From: Candidatus Altimarinota bacterium
Lineage (GTDB): Bacteria; Patescibacteriota; Gracilibacteria; JBDHUY01
Assembly: GCA_039809385.1 (NCBI GenBank)
Contig: JBDHUY010000008.1
Location: forward strand, 33,251-97,250
Length of the DNA stretch: 64,000 nt
Direction of reading: 5' to 3'
The position numbers and the translations under genes are program-made. This document shows, one piece after another, positions 1 through 8,255 of this stretch. Each line of letters begins with the position of its first letter. Position 1 is the first letter of the stretch. The notes under the pieces were generated by a model, which had not been told where the DNA came from, made no database searches, and worked only from the letters and a program-made list of their open reading frames with translations.

Positions 1-55
1 GCTTTCAAGCAAATGCATAAAAAAACGTGCATGAAACGTATTTGTATGATATACA

Positions 56-622
56 GTGAATAACTTATCAGGCAACGCGATGCATATAGAGAACCGGGAG
101 AAACTTGATCAAACAACTGATGTAGTGCCGGAAGAACACCGCGCGAATCCTTTTGTTATACCATTTTCTTATATAAAAGTTATCGGAGCGACCCTTGCGT
201 TACTTTTGCTGCCGGCGGTGGAGATATCGGCGCGCCAAGAGAGACCTGATTCGAAACAGATACTCCAAATCGAGCTCGCTGATAGGGGGAGGGAAAAGCA
301 ACCGACTTTTGAAATAAAAACTATCGAAGATATCCCAGAGAGAAGTGGAAGTCAGCGGTATACTTTTGAGGTAAACAACGATCGGAAGATCTCCCTGACT
401 CCCCAGCGGATACAAAAATGGACTAGCATTTCACATGATTTTTTAAGACAACATTTCCCAAATCTTGGAAATAGTTCGATGATCGAACGAATGTACTGGT
501 ATGTCGATGAAAAAAATAAAACGCCTATGCTCGTCATTGAGACTACTGATGAACAAAAGAAAGACCGCCCGGCCAACGTTGGAAAATCCGGGAGGTCTTT
601 TTTTAAGAAAGGGATTCAATAG
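56..622 (+). CDS. hypothetical protein with one internal hydrophobic segment
   Basis: 188-aa ORF; hydrophobic stretch VIGATLALLLLPAV; followed by a hairpin; no family recognised. Confidence 0.55.
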   Translation: MNNLSGNAMHIENREKLDQTTDVVPEEHRANPFVIPFSYIKVIGATLALLLLPAVEISARQERPDSKQILQIELADRGREKQPTFEIKTIEDIPERSGSQRYTFEVNNDRKISLTPQRIQKWTSISHDFLRQHFPNLGNSSMIERMYWYVDEKNKTPMLVIETTDEQKKDRPANVGKSGRSFFKKGIQ

Positions 623-625
623 AAA

Positions 626-659
626 ATTCCGTACCGACATATATTATTCCGGTACGGAA
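626..659 (+). terminator. hairpin after ORF 56-622 (possible terminator)
   Basis: inverted repeat ATTCCGTACCG...CGGTACGGAAT directly after the stop; U-tract weak. Confidence 0.4.
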
Positions 660-877
660 TGCTTTCTATTTACATTCCGGAGCCATTATCTACTACTGGT
701 GGCATAAAGAAGTTTTTGTTTTAAAAACTGTAAAAATAGGTTTTGTGCGCACATAGTTATAATACACCATAAATATAATGTGTCAACAGATGATTCGTTT
801 TTTACAGACAGAAAATAATGCTATATAATACACGTTGTTTGATGCTCGGATAACTTATTTATTTTTCTTTACGTTTT

Positions 878-1411
878 ATGACACTCGAAGCCGATCTGCA
901 AAAGATAGTAGAATTTTTAAAAACCGAGCTTTCACGCCTGCAAACCGGCCGGGCCAGCGCGTCACTGGTGGAATATGTGGAGGCCGAAGTATACGGAGTA
1001 CGACAGCCGTTGAAAAATATTGCCAACATCAGTATTCCGGATGCCAAACAGATCGCCATTCAGCCGTGGGACAAAAGCACTCTCCAGGCTATTGAAAAAG
1101 GGATTCAGGAAGCAAACCTGGGCTTCAATCCCAACAACGACGGCACGTTTATCCGGATCAACCTGCCACCCATGACCGAAGAACGTCGCAAAGATCTGAT
1201 CAAGCTGGTCTGGAAACTGGCTGAAGAAGCCAAAATTTCGGTACGCAACGTGCGCCAAGAACATATGAAAACTGCTAAAGCCCAGGAAAAAGATATCGGC
1301 GAAGACGCGGTCAAGCACCAGGAAAAACAGATCCAGGACCAGGTCGACAAAGCCAATCAGGAGATCGAGACAGCTGCCAAGAAGAAAGAAGAGGAAGTGA
1401 AAACGGTGTAG
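878..1411 (+). CDS. frr: ribosome recycling factor
   Basis: TGRASASL, IQPWDK, IEKGIQEANLGFNPNNDG, PPMTEERRKDL, VRNVR motifs of RRF. Confidence 0.97.
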   Translation: MTLEADLQKIVEFLKTELSRLQTGRASASLVEYVEAEVYGVRQPLKNIANISIPDAKQIAIQPWDKSTLQAIEKGIQEANLGFNPNNDGTFIRINLPPMTEERRKDLIKLVWKLAEEAKISVRNVRQEHMKTAKAQEKDIGEDAVKHQEKQIQDQVDKANQEIETAAKKKEEEVKTV

Positions 1412-1433
1412 GGGCAGACTCACATTTCTGCCC
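1408..1433 (+). repeat. GTAG-type REP palindrome overlapping the frr stop codon
   Basis: GTAGGGGCAGACTCACATTTCTGCCC; similar copies at 14619-14644(-) and 18518-18538(-). Confidence 0.7.
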
Positions 1434-1474
1434 GGATAATAGCGACAGATCAACCTATGATAGATTATATAAAT

Positions 1475-1510
1475 AGTTATAAAGTTTATAAAGTTCTTAA
1501 AGTTATAAAG
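1475..1510 (+). repeat. degenerate 8-9 bp tandem array (TTATAAAGT)n
   Basis: gttataaagtttataaagttcttaaagttataaag; inverted counterpart at 1868-1903. Confidence 0.8.
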
Positions 1511-1511
1511 C

Positions 1512-1857
1512 ATGAAAATTGTGTCTTTTGAGGATATTATTGCTTGGCAAAAAGCACGTGAGTTAGTAAGATTGATTTACGGCCAGTTCAAAGAGAATCG
1601 AGATTTTAGTTTTAGGGATCAAATACAACGAGCGACTTTATCAGTAAATGAATAATATTGCAGAAGGCTTTGAAAGGGGTACAAACAAAGAATTAAAACA
1701 CTTCCTGTTTATCGCGAAAAGTTCCTGTAGCGAAGTGCGCTCAATGCTCTATGTGGCACTGGATTTACAATATTTGACTAAAGAAAAATTCGATTTGGAT
1801 TTTCAGCTAGCAAAAGAGATTTCCAGAATATTATCAGGTTTTATAAAAACACTTTGA
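1512..1857 (+). pseudogene. four-helix-bundle protein (23S rRNA IVP / bAvd-like family), frameshifted
   Basis: ATG 1512 reads MKIVSFEDIIAWQKARELV...FRDQIQRATLSV, then continues after one extra base as [34 protein letters not shown] (1648-1857). Confidence 0.85.
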
Positions 1858-1867
1858 TCCTTGTACG

Positions 1868-1903
1868 CTTTACAACTTTATAACTTTATAAACTTTACGA
1901 ACT
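1868..1903 (-). repeat. degenerate 8-9 bp tandem array (ACTTTATAA)n, inverted relative to 1475-1510
   Basis: ctttacaactttataactttataaactttacgaact. Confidence 0.8.
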
Positions 1904-1904
1904 G

Positions 1905-3128
1905 ATGCTCGACATCCTCCTCTACATCCTGGCCTTTATCGTCATTTTTTCCATTCTGATTCTGGTCCACGAATTCGGGCATTTTATTACGGCCAAAAAA
2001 AGCGGGGTAAAGGTCGAAGAATTTGGTATGGGCTTGCCGCCGCGCGCGGTAACGCTGTATACCGACAAAGCCGGGACGATCTATTCGCTCAACTGGATTC
2101 CCTTCGGCGGGTTCGTGCGCATGCAGGGAGAAGACGCTCCCGAAATACGGGCGGAAAAAGACAAAACATTATCGGATGAAGAGCGTGAAGAGATCGATGA
2201 CAACAAGAGAATACTGGCCGATCCGCAAAGTTTCGTGAATAAAGTCTTGTGGAAACGGATGCTCATCGTAACCGCCGGGGTCATCATGAACTTTCTGCTG
2301 GCGATCGTCCTGCTGAGTATTGTGTTTACGGTCGGTTTTTATCCTCTGTCTCTGGTAGAAAAAGAGAAAATACCGCTGAATTCCTACATCTTTCCAAATA
2401 TTGAATTTGCTCAGGAACAGAAGATTATCGAACGGAAAGATCCCCAACAAGAGAGCGTCTCGGTTGAAAACGTGGAAGAAAATTCTATAGCAGCGCAAGC
2501 GGGCTTTCAATCGAACGATATAGTACTGAAAGCAAACGATCAAAAAATGGATATCTCCTTAAAACTAATCAATACAATTCGGAGTAGCGCCGGAAAAGAG
2601 ATGACCTTTCTGGTTCAACGGGGAGAGAGCACAGAGACCATTACACTCACACCGGTCAAAAATAAAACCATTGGATTGAGACTGGAAGAGGATTTTATGA
2701 TTAGCCCTGTACGATTCGATTTTCCTACAGCCGTAGTACGTGCTACCCAGGAAGTGGCCTCGCAAAGCTACATTACATTGATCCTGGCGAAAGATGTGGT
2801 GTTAAATATTTTCCAAAAAGCCCAAATTCCCGAGGGGGTGGCTGGCCCGGTCGGGATCGCCAGCATGACCGGAACTTTTGTAAAAATGGGACTTATTCCG
2901 GTGCTGATCTTTATCGCCATGCTCTCGATCAGCCTGGGAGTCATGAATATTCTGCCCATCCCGGCGCTGGATGGCGGACGGTTCTTATTTATGGTGGTAG
3001 AACTGATTACCCGCAAAAAACCCAGCGCACGGTTGGAAACGGCAGTGCATGGGATCGGATATGTTTTACTGCTCTTGCTCATCCTGGTCATTACCGGCAA
3101 CGATATTCTCAAATTGTGGATGGGATAG
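1905..3128 (+). CDS. rseP: site-2 (M50) intramembrane zinc metalloprotease with PDZ domain, RseP
   Basis: HEFGH zinc motif, NWIPFGGFVRM, AGVIMN, PDZ-like segment, NILPIPALDGG; downstream of frr as usual. Confidence 0.93.
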   Translation: MLDILLYILAFIVIFSILILVHEFGHFITAKKSGVKVEEFGMGLPPRAVTLYTDKAGTIYSLNWIPFGGFVRMQGEDAPEIRAEKDKTLSDEEREEIDDNKRILADPQSFVNKVLWKRMLIVTAGVIMNFLLAIVLLSIVFTVGFYPLSLVEKEKIPLNSYIFPNIEFAQEQKIIERKDPQQESVSVENVEENSIAAQAGFQSNDIVLKANDQKMDISLKLINTIRSSAGKEMTFLVQRGESTETITLTPVKNKTIGLRLEEDFMISPVRFDFPTAVVRATQEVASQSYITLILAKDVVLNIFQKAQIPEGVAGPVGIASMTGTFVKMGLIPVLIFIAMLSISLGVMNILPIPALDGGRFLFMVVELITRKKPSARLETAVHGIGYVLLLLLILVITGNDILKLWMG

Positions 3129-3157
3129 GGGCAGGAAAGTTTATAAAGTCCTTAAAG

Positions 3158-3182
3158 CCCCAAAGGGGTCCCGTTGGGATCT
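3158..3182 (+). repeat. short palindromic repeat CCCCAAAGGGGTCCCGTTGGGATCT inside a nonamer array
   Basis: 22/25 match to the reverse complement of 43154-43178; related copy at 48282-48303. Confidence 0.65.
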
Positions 3183-3398
3183 ATAAAATTATAAAGCCAA
3201 TAAACTTCTCATGAGAGGCTTGTTATTTTTTCTGTTGGCTACTAAGCTCCTGCCTTTTCTGGATGCTCCAAATGGGCCCCGGGGCGGTCAGGTGTGAGTT
3301 GTAAGCAATTTTCCACTCTGTCCTCCAGTCTCCTCACTCCCAACTCCTACCTGCCTATTTGGGAGTGCGTTTTTACAAAGGGTCGATTGGACATACAA

Positions 3399-5510
3399 CT
3401 ATTCCTGAAAGCCATTTTTTCTAGCCCAGACCAGTAATTTATCTAGTACCTCATCCCGTTGTTCAACTTGAGAACGCAAATCAAGGACTATTCTTTCCAA
3501 CTCCTGAAGTCTGGCTGACCGACGGATTTCATGTAATTCCCGCTCTTGTTTAATATAATCTTCTATAGCCTGTTGTAAGGAATCTGTTGAAATTCCCCCC
3601 GCAGTATCGAAAGAATTAATCAACAACCGTTCAAGTTGCCCGGGAATGATGCCCGTATGCGGTTTCTGGTCCTTTTCATCGTCAAATGCCTGCAGATTAA
3701 TTACGGCAATGGTTTTAGCTATATATTGATAGTTCAATGGATATTTTTCTCTGATTTGGGAGAACGGGAGTCTGCCAGTACAGGAATTTCTTCGCGCATC
3801 TATTTTTCCCAAAAGAGTCAGTAGCATCTCTGTGATACTTTCTTCATAGGTTTCATATGGTACTAAAATCTTTTCGCCGATACGGTGTGCATTTAACAAA
3901 GATGGACGAATCAAGGAAATATCTTCTGTATCTACAATGATCCAGGCATGCGGACACTTTTTTATTTTTTCCAGTTCAGTGTTGAGCACCATCTCAATCT
4001 GACCACGTACTATAGGGTTTTTCCCAAGCAATAGTTCCAAATCTTGGATTTGTAAAACTCCCCCATTGATTTGGAGATAATAAAATAAATCTTTGAGCGC
4101 ATTAAGATTATTGTTCAAAAGTTCGGAGGTCGCTTCGGTAGGTTTTAAGACAAAAACCGGAATACCAGACTTTACAAGGCTATCGCATACAGCATTGCTC
4201 ATGGAAGTTTTGCCTTTGCCCGTAGATCCATAGAGAAGTACCAAAGCAGGTTTGTTATCAGACTTTCCCTGTAAGGAAAGGAAGACATTGGCAGCTGTCT
4301 TTTCTAAGCTCTGTTTCAATGCATGCTGCCCTCCTAAATCGTTAAAAGAATTAGGGGCATTGATCATGCTATATAAAAGTTTATTATCTCTCAAAAAATT
4401 TGTTAGAGGTTGATCCGGTGTTTGTATTTTAATTTTCTTGTCGGCAGGTCGGGAAATGCAACTGTCTTGATAAAACCAGCTCAACACGCGATTAGCCAAA
4501 GAGAGCTGCTTCTCAAAAGCAGGAGCAAATTTTTCATAATCTTGTTCGACAGACGTATTGGGATTTGCTGCAGAAAAAACAATCTGAATATCAGCTTTCC
4601 CTTCTTGCGATAGAACAGTAGAAAAAGTAAGGTGGTATATCTCGTTCGGTACCGTATCGGTAATAAGTACTTTTATAGAATGATCACGTGAACTGCCTGA
4701 GCCAACAATTTCACCAACAAATTGATCTCCTAAAACAGTTGGCAACGCCTGCAAAAAATCTATGAGCTTAAAATGTATGAGCTCGATCATGGTTTTTTGA
4801 TATCCAGGGCTTTCCGATATTGGCAAGGGTCCGATCATCCTATCAAGAGCACATACTCTATCGAAACTATCCGTATTATTACCAAATCTTCGGTAGAGTC
4901 TGTCTGAAAAATACGTTGATTGATATTTTTTTTGTACTTGAGGGTCATTGTAATGAAGCGCTTCAAAAGCTGTTTTCCATCGCTGTTCTTCGAGGTTCGG
5001 TGCTTGTTTAAGAGCCATTCGATTGATTTCCGATGGGCGTAACACAAATCCCAATCTATATTTATCTCCTGTCTGGTCGAGTACACAGGTTATTTTTCCG
5101 GGAATCATTGGCAGGGTCTCATCATTAGCAATGATCAATGTTCGATTCGAGTCATTATAGAGCAACGCACGATGGATTTTTTGTAGTACCTGAGTATCAA
5201 CTGTAACAAGGCCTTCTTCATGTGACTCACGTCGTAAGGCAGGAGAAACATGAAGGCCAAAGAAGTGTTGCAAGGTTAAGAGGTGTCGTTGTATGAGAAA
5301 AAGAGACTCTGCGTCAATAGCCGAGCCAAGCTGTGTTCTCATCTCAGCAAAAACCTGATTCATGACATTGATAGCAAAAGGATCAATCCCTTTTGCATGG
5401 TGAATAGCAGGATCTTTCATCGTTGATTCAATGGTATCCAGGAAAGACAATAAATGCTCTTGTAAAGACTCATTCTGTTGTTCTATTCCAGAAGGCGAAA
5501 TTTCGGTCAT
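3399..5510 (-). CDS. AAA+ family ATPase-like protein with long unknown N-terminus
   Basis: FNDLGGQHALKQSL pre-AAA segment, Walker A GSTGKGKT, degenerate Walker B (VLQIQDLE), SRH-like LLNAHRIG, C-terminal coiled coil. Confidence 0.7.
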   Translation of the reverse strand: MTEISPSGIEQQNESLQEHLLSFLDTIESTMKDPAIHHAKGIDPFAINVMNQVFAEMRTQLGSAIDAESLFLIQRHLLTLQHFFGLHVSPALRRESHEEGLVTVDTQVLQKIHRALLYNDSNRTLIIANDETLPMIPGKITCVLDQTGDKYRLGFVLRPSEINRMALKQAPNLEEQRWKTAFEALHYNDPQVQKKYQSTYFSDRLYRRFGNNTDSFDRVCALDRMIGPLPISESPGYQKTMIELIHFKLIDFLQALPTVLGDQFVGEIVGSGSSRDHSIKVLITDTVPNEIYHLTFSTVLSQEGKADIQIVFSAANPNTSVEQDYEKFAPAFEKQLSLANRVLSWFYQDSCISRPADKKIKIQTPDQPLTNFLRDNKLLYSMINAPNSFNDLGGQHALKQSLEKTAANVFLSLQGKSDNKPALVLLYGSTGKGKTSMSNAVCDSLVKSGIPVFVLKPTEATSELLNNNLNALKDLFYYLQINGGVLQIQDLELLLGKNPIVRGQIEMVLNTELEKIKKCPHAWIIVDTEDISLIRPSLLNAHRIGEKILVPYETYEESITEMLLTLLGKIDARRNSCTGRLPFSQIREKYPLNYQYIAKTIAVINLQAFDDEKDQKPHTGIIPGQLERLLINSFDTAGGISTDSLQQAIEDYIKQERELHEIRRSARLQELERIVLDLRSQVEQRDEVLDKLLVWARKNGFQE

Positions 5511-5539
5511 AGGTTGATAATTAAAAAACTTGGTTTATG

Positions 5540-6208
5540 TCAAAATGAACGATATTTTATCTTTCTTGAAACAAGCAAAAAAGCAAAAACAAGTGAAGGA
5601 ACCAGAAATATTAATACTTCGGGACCGCTTCTCGTCGAACGGGAACCGCTGATCGGAGCTCCTTGGTGTAAGGCAGCTTTTTGTCCTTGTGCTTGAGTTT
5701 CCAGATCCTGTAAAAAAGGTTGGCGACCGGAACCCGTTGAAACAGTCGAAGGACTCGTAGAAGCCGCAGCATGCACAAATACATATTTGGAATTGCTATT
5801 GGGATTGGTATGTTGATTGGTATTACCGTTCTGGGCCCCCACCCCGTCGGTTCGAGCCGGCGTAATGGGCGTATCGGTAAGATCCGTCAGCAACGAAGAA
5901 TTGCTGTTCGTCCCGGCGTTCGTATTCGAATTTGCCGAAGCGAGGACAGGTAAATCGGTACCGGGTAGAGTCTCGTCGCCCGGAACAACCATCGCGGTAT
6001 TAGGAACCAACTGTGCGCTGAACTGGCTGGAAGGGCCGGAAAACGAAAAATATAAAGCCCCCACTCCTACCGCCAGCAAAAAAGCGGCCAGTACAACTTT
6101 ACGTTTTTTGAAAAAACGTAAAGCCGGATGTTCTTCCGCAACGTGAATACGTATTTCGGGAGCCTGATCGGGAAGAGAAACGGTTTTTTGTCCGGTGAGG
6201 GGGTCCAT
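5540..6208 (-). CDS. low-complexity surface protein with N-terminal TM and C-terminal sortase-like signal
   Basis: KKRKVVLAAFLLAVGVGALYF TM; N/S/T-rich body; C-terminus TRSGPE-hydrophobic-RKIKYR. Confidence 0.7.
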   Translation of the reverse strand: MDPLTGQKTVSLPDQAPEIRIHVAEEHPALRFFKKRKVVLAAFLLAVGVGALYFSFSGPSSQFSAQLVPNTAMVVPGDETLPGTDLPVLASANSNTNAGTNSNSSLLTDLTDTPITPARTDGVGAQNGNTNQHTNPNSNSKYVFVHAAASTSPSTVSTGSGRQPFLQDLETQAQGQKAALHQGAPISGSRSTRSGPEVLIFLVPSLVFAFLLVSRKIKYRSF

Positions 6209-6247
6209 AGAGGAGTTATAAAAAGATGAAAGTAGAGAAAATATTTT

Positions 6248-7492
6248 TTATAAAGAAGAAAGTTTTCCGGATTTGACAGATAATTGTACCATGCGATAGG
6301 TTGGATAGACCAGAGCGCACAGAGCCAGGATCAACAGCAGATCTTCGGCCGGGCCCGAGCTGGCAGTTTGAGATAATTGATTGAGAGAAGCGATCGCTTC
6401 GGGATCGAGCGTCGAGGAAACATTGATCGAACCGTTCTGCCCTACCGTGATCGATACTTCGGAGGAGTAGCCGCTTTCAAACCCGTTCTGATCGGCAGAC
6501 GTCAAAACAAAGTAGTAGCGATCCCCCTGGGTAAGTCCGCCAAAGGTATAAGAAGTGCCGCTGACTTTTTTGCGGTGCAGATATTGATTCTTATGCTTGG
6601 TATAGTAAATGTAGTAGCTACTTACCCGTGGATCCTGAACCGGATCCCACGTAAGGGTCACGGAAGAGTCAAAGGTGGAAGCTCTGACATTTTGAGGGAT
6701 CGGAAGATTCGAAGCGGATGGGTATAGTGTGCCGGTTCCGGTATTTGACCCGGATGGAGCAGAACCGGAACCTGAGGACGATCCGGAAGAAGACCCGGCA
6801 CCGGACGAAGAACCGCTACCATTGCCTGGATTGACCGAAACGGCAGGAGGTGTTCCGTTGAGTACGAGAGTTACCGGCTTGGGAGGGGTAGCGGACAGTA
6901 CGTTGAACGGCAGTCCGCCCGAAATGACATTCGCATTGGTATGTCCCAGTTCGTTCGGCTGAAAATCGTTAAAACGGATCTCGGTGGTATCGCCTTTTTG
7001 TCCCGAGACAACCTTAAAGACGACCCGGACAACACTAACGGAAGGTTTGTCGACGCCACCGGTAGTATTCCCGCGACCGATGCGAACCAGCGACTGTTCG
7101 GGAGCAAATTCGTTTTCGCCCGGAGTGATTAGATCAAAATCGGAACCGGTACTATCAAGTTTTACCCCGGTCAGTTTTTTGGAATCGTAATTAAGCCAGG
7201 TCTCGGCCGAAATGATCTTTTGAGAAGACGGATTAAGTAACGCAATATCGACTGCCAGTTCGTCATTCTGTTTGACAAAATATTTGCCACCTACCGGCTT
7301 GATCTCTTCGTTGCTGCCACTGAGAGCACTGTTGGTATTACCGTTTTGAACTGCCCCGGAAGACAGACGTTTCACTTTGACATCGATCGTCACGTCTTTA
7401 TTGGGAACCGCTGTGGTCAAAGAGATCGGCAACACAAAAAAGAGGGTGGAAAAGAGCAGACCGGCGATGAATTGACGCAGACGGGTATTCAT
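6248..7492 (-). CDS. secreted cohesin-like + fibronectin type III protein with C-terminal sorting signal
   Basis: signal peptide; cohesin-like ELAVDIAL..AETWLNYDSKKL..VRVVFKV; G/S linker; FN3 (PQNVRAS..VTLTWDP..YYIYY..GLTQGDRYYFVLTSAD..ESGYS); TASSGP-TM tail. Confidence 0.8.
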   Translation of the reverse strand: MNTRLRQFIAGLLFSTLFFVLPISLTTAVPNKDVTIDVKVKRLSSGAVQNGNTNSALSGSNEEIKPVGGKYFVKQNDELAVDIALLNPSSQKIISAETWLNYDSKKLTGVKLDSTGSDFDLITPGENEFAPEQSLVRIGRGNTTGGVDKPSVSVVRVVFKVVSGQKGDTTEIRFNDFQPNELGHTNANVISGGLPFNVLSATPPKPVTLVLNGTPPAVSVNPGNGSGSSSGAGSSSGSSSGSGSAPSGSNTGTGTLYPSASNLPIPQNVRASTFDSSVTLTWDPVQDPRVSSYYIYYTKHKNQYLHRKKVSGTSYTFGGLTQGDRYYFVLTSADQNGFESGYSSEVSITVGQNGSINVSSTLDPEAIASLNQLSQTASSGPAEDLLLILALCALVYPTYRMVQLSVKSGKLSSL

Positions 7493-7498
7493 ACGAAT

Positions 7499-8113
7499 TT
7501 AAGGTTCCAGAGTAAGAAGCAGACCCGGGGAAACAGGTTTTTCCAGTATCGGATAAATAGTATTGCCCAGAACGCGTGTGGCCGTAGTGTGGGCTTCCGC
7601 ATGTTCCTGGAAATCGAAAAAGTCGATGGTGCTGGAAGAAAGCGCGGCAACCGGTTTGACCTTCAACTGGATACGTTCGACCAGAACAGGAGAAGTGTGC
7701 TGCGGACGCAGCAGTGATTTGCCGATCCGCACTACCCCTTGTTCATTATCAAAGTCATGTTCCTGCGGGGCGCTTAGTTCAAAGTCGTTCTTACTATCAT
7801 CCGGATGAAAGCCCACGACTTCGAGTTTGCTCGCATCGAACGAAAGCCAGCTACGTACCGAATCCACAGTCCCATTTTCAGGCAAAGTAAGTTCTACGTT
7901 GACCCAGAAGGTCTGATTGCTTTTCAGTTTTTGAGTATCCGTATTAAGCGATAAAGAGGCTTTCCGGTTCTTGGCCTGTTCTGCTTTGATCATCTGGGGT
8001 AAAGCGCTCCTGTGGATGCTTTCCGAAGAAGTCCCTTCAATCCCAGGCTGGCCGGAAGGTGTACATCCGGTAATGAGGAGCAAACCGATGATGAGAGATA
8101 CAAGCTTTTTCAT
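7499..8113 (-). CDS. lipoprotein with cohesin-like domain
   Basis: lipobox LLLITGC; FWVNVEL..VRSWLSFDASKLEVV..EQGVVRIG..IQLKVK, clearly paralogous to the domain in 6248-7492; ORF track start 8125. Confidence 0.75.
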   Translation of the reverse strand: MKKLVSLIIGLLLITGCTPSGQPGIEGTSSESIHRSALPQMIKAEQAKNRKASLSLNTDTQKLKSNQTFWVNVELTLPENGTVDSVRSWLSFDASKLEVVGFHPDDSKNDFELSAPQEHDFDNEQGVVRIGKSLLRPQHTSPVLVERIQLKVKPVAALSSSTIDFFDFQEHAEAHTTATRVLGNTIYPILEKPVSPGLLLTLEP

Positions 8114-8130
8114 GAGAGGAAACACGGGGA

Positions 8131-8165
8131 AGTAGAAAGTATCTGGTATTTAGTATCTAGTATCT
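8131..8165. repeat. 7-bp periodic GTAT array
   Basis: agtagaaagtatctggtatttagtatctagtatct; same family at 18354-18390, 62940-62979 and inverted at 26379-26411. Confidence 0.75.
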
Positions 8166-8255
8166 GAATTCTGACTGCTGACCGCCGGCAGACAGACACA
8201 GAGGGCTGCTTCTGCTAACCGCTAACCCCTGATTGCCGACCATCGCTGACCGTCC

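Noticed and set aside
1512-1857. Diversity-generating retroelement (Avd-like gene)
   Set aside because: No reverse transcriptase and no TR/VR pair with adenine-specific differences seen
3230-3310. GC-rich intergenic stretch as SRP RNA or riboswitch
   Set aside because: No SRP GNRA/domain IV motif or riboswitch consensus could be matched on either strand
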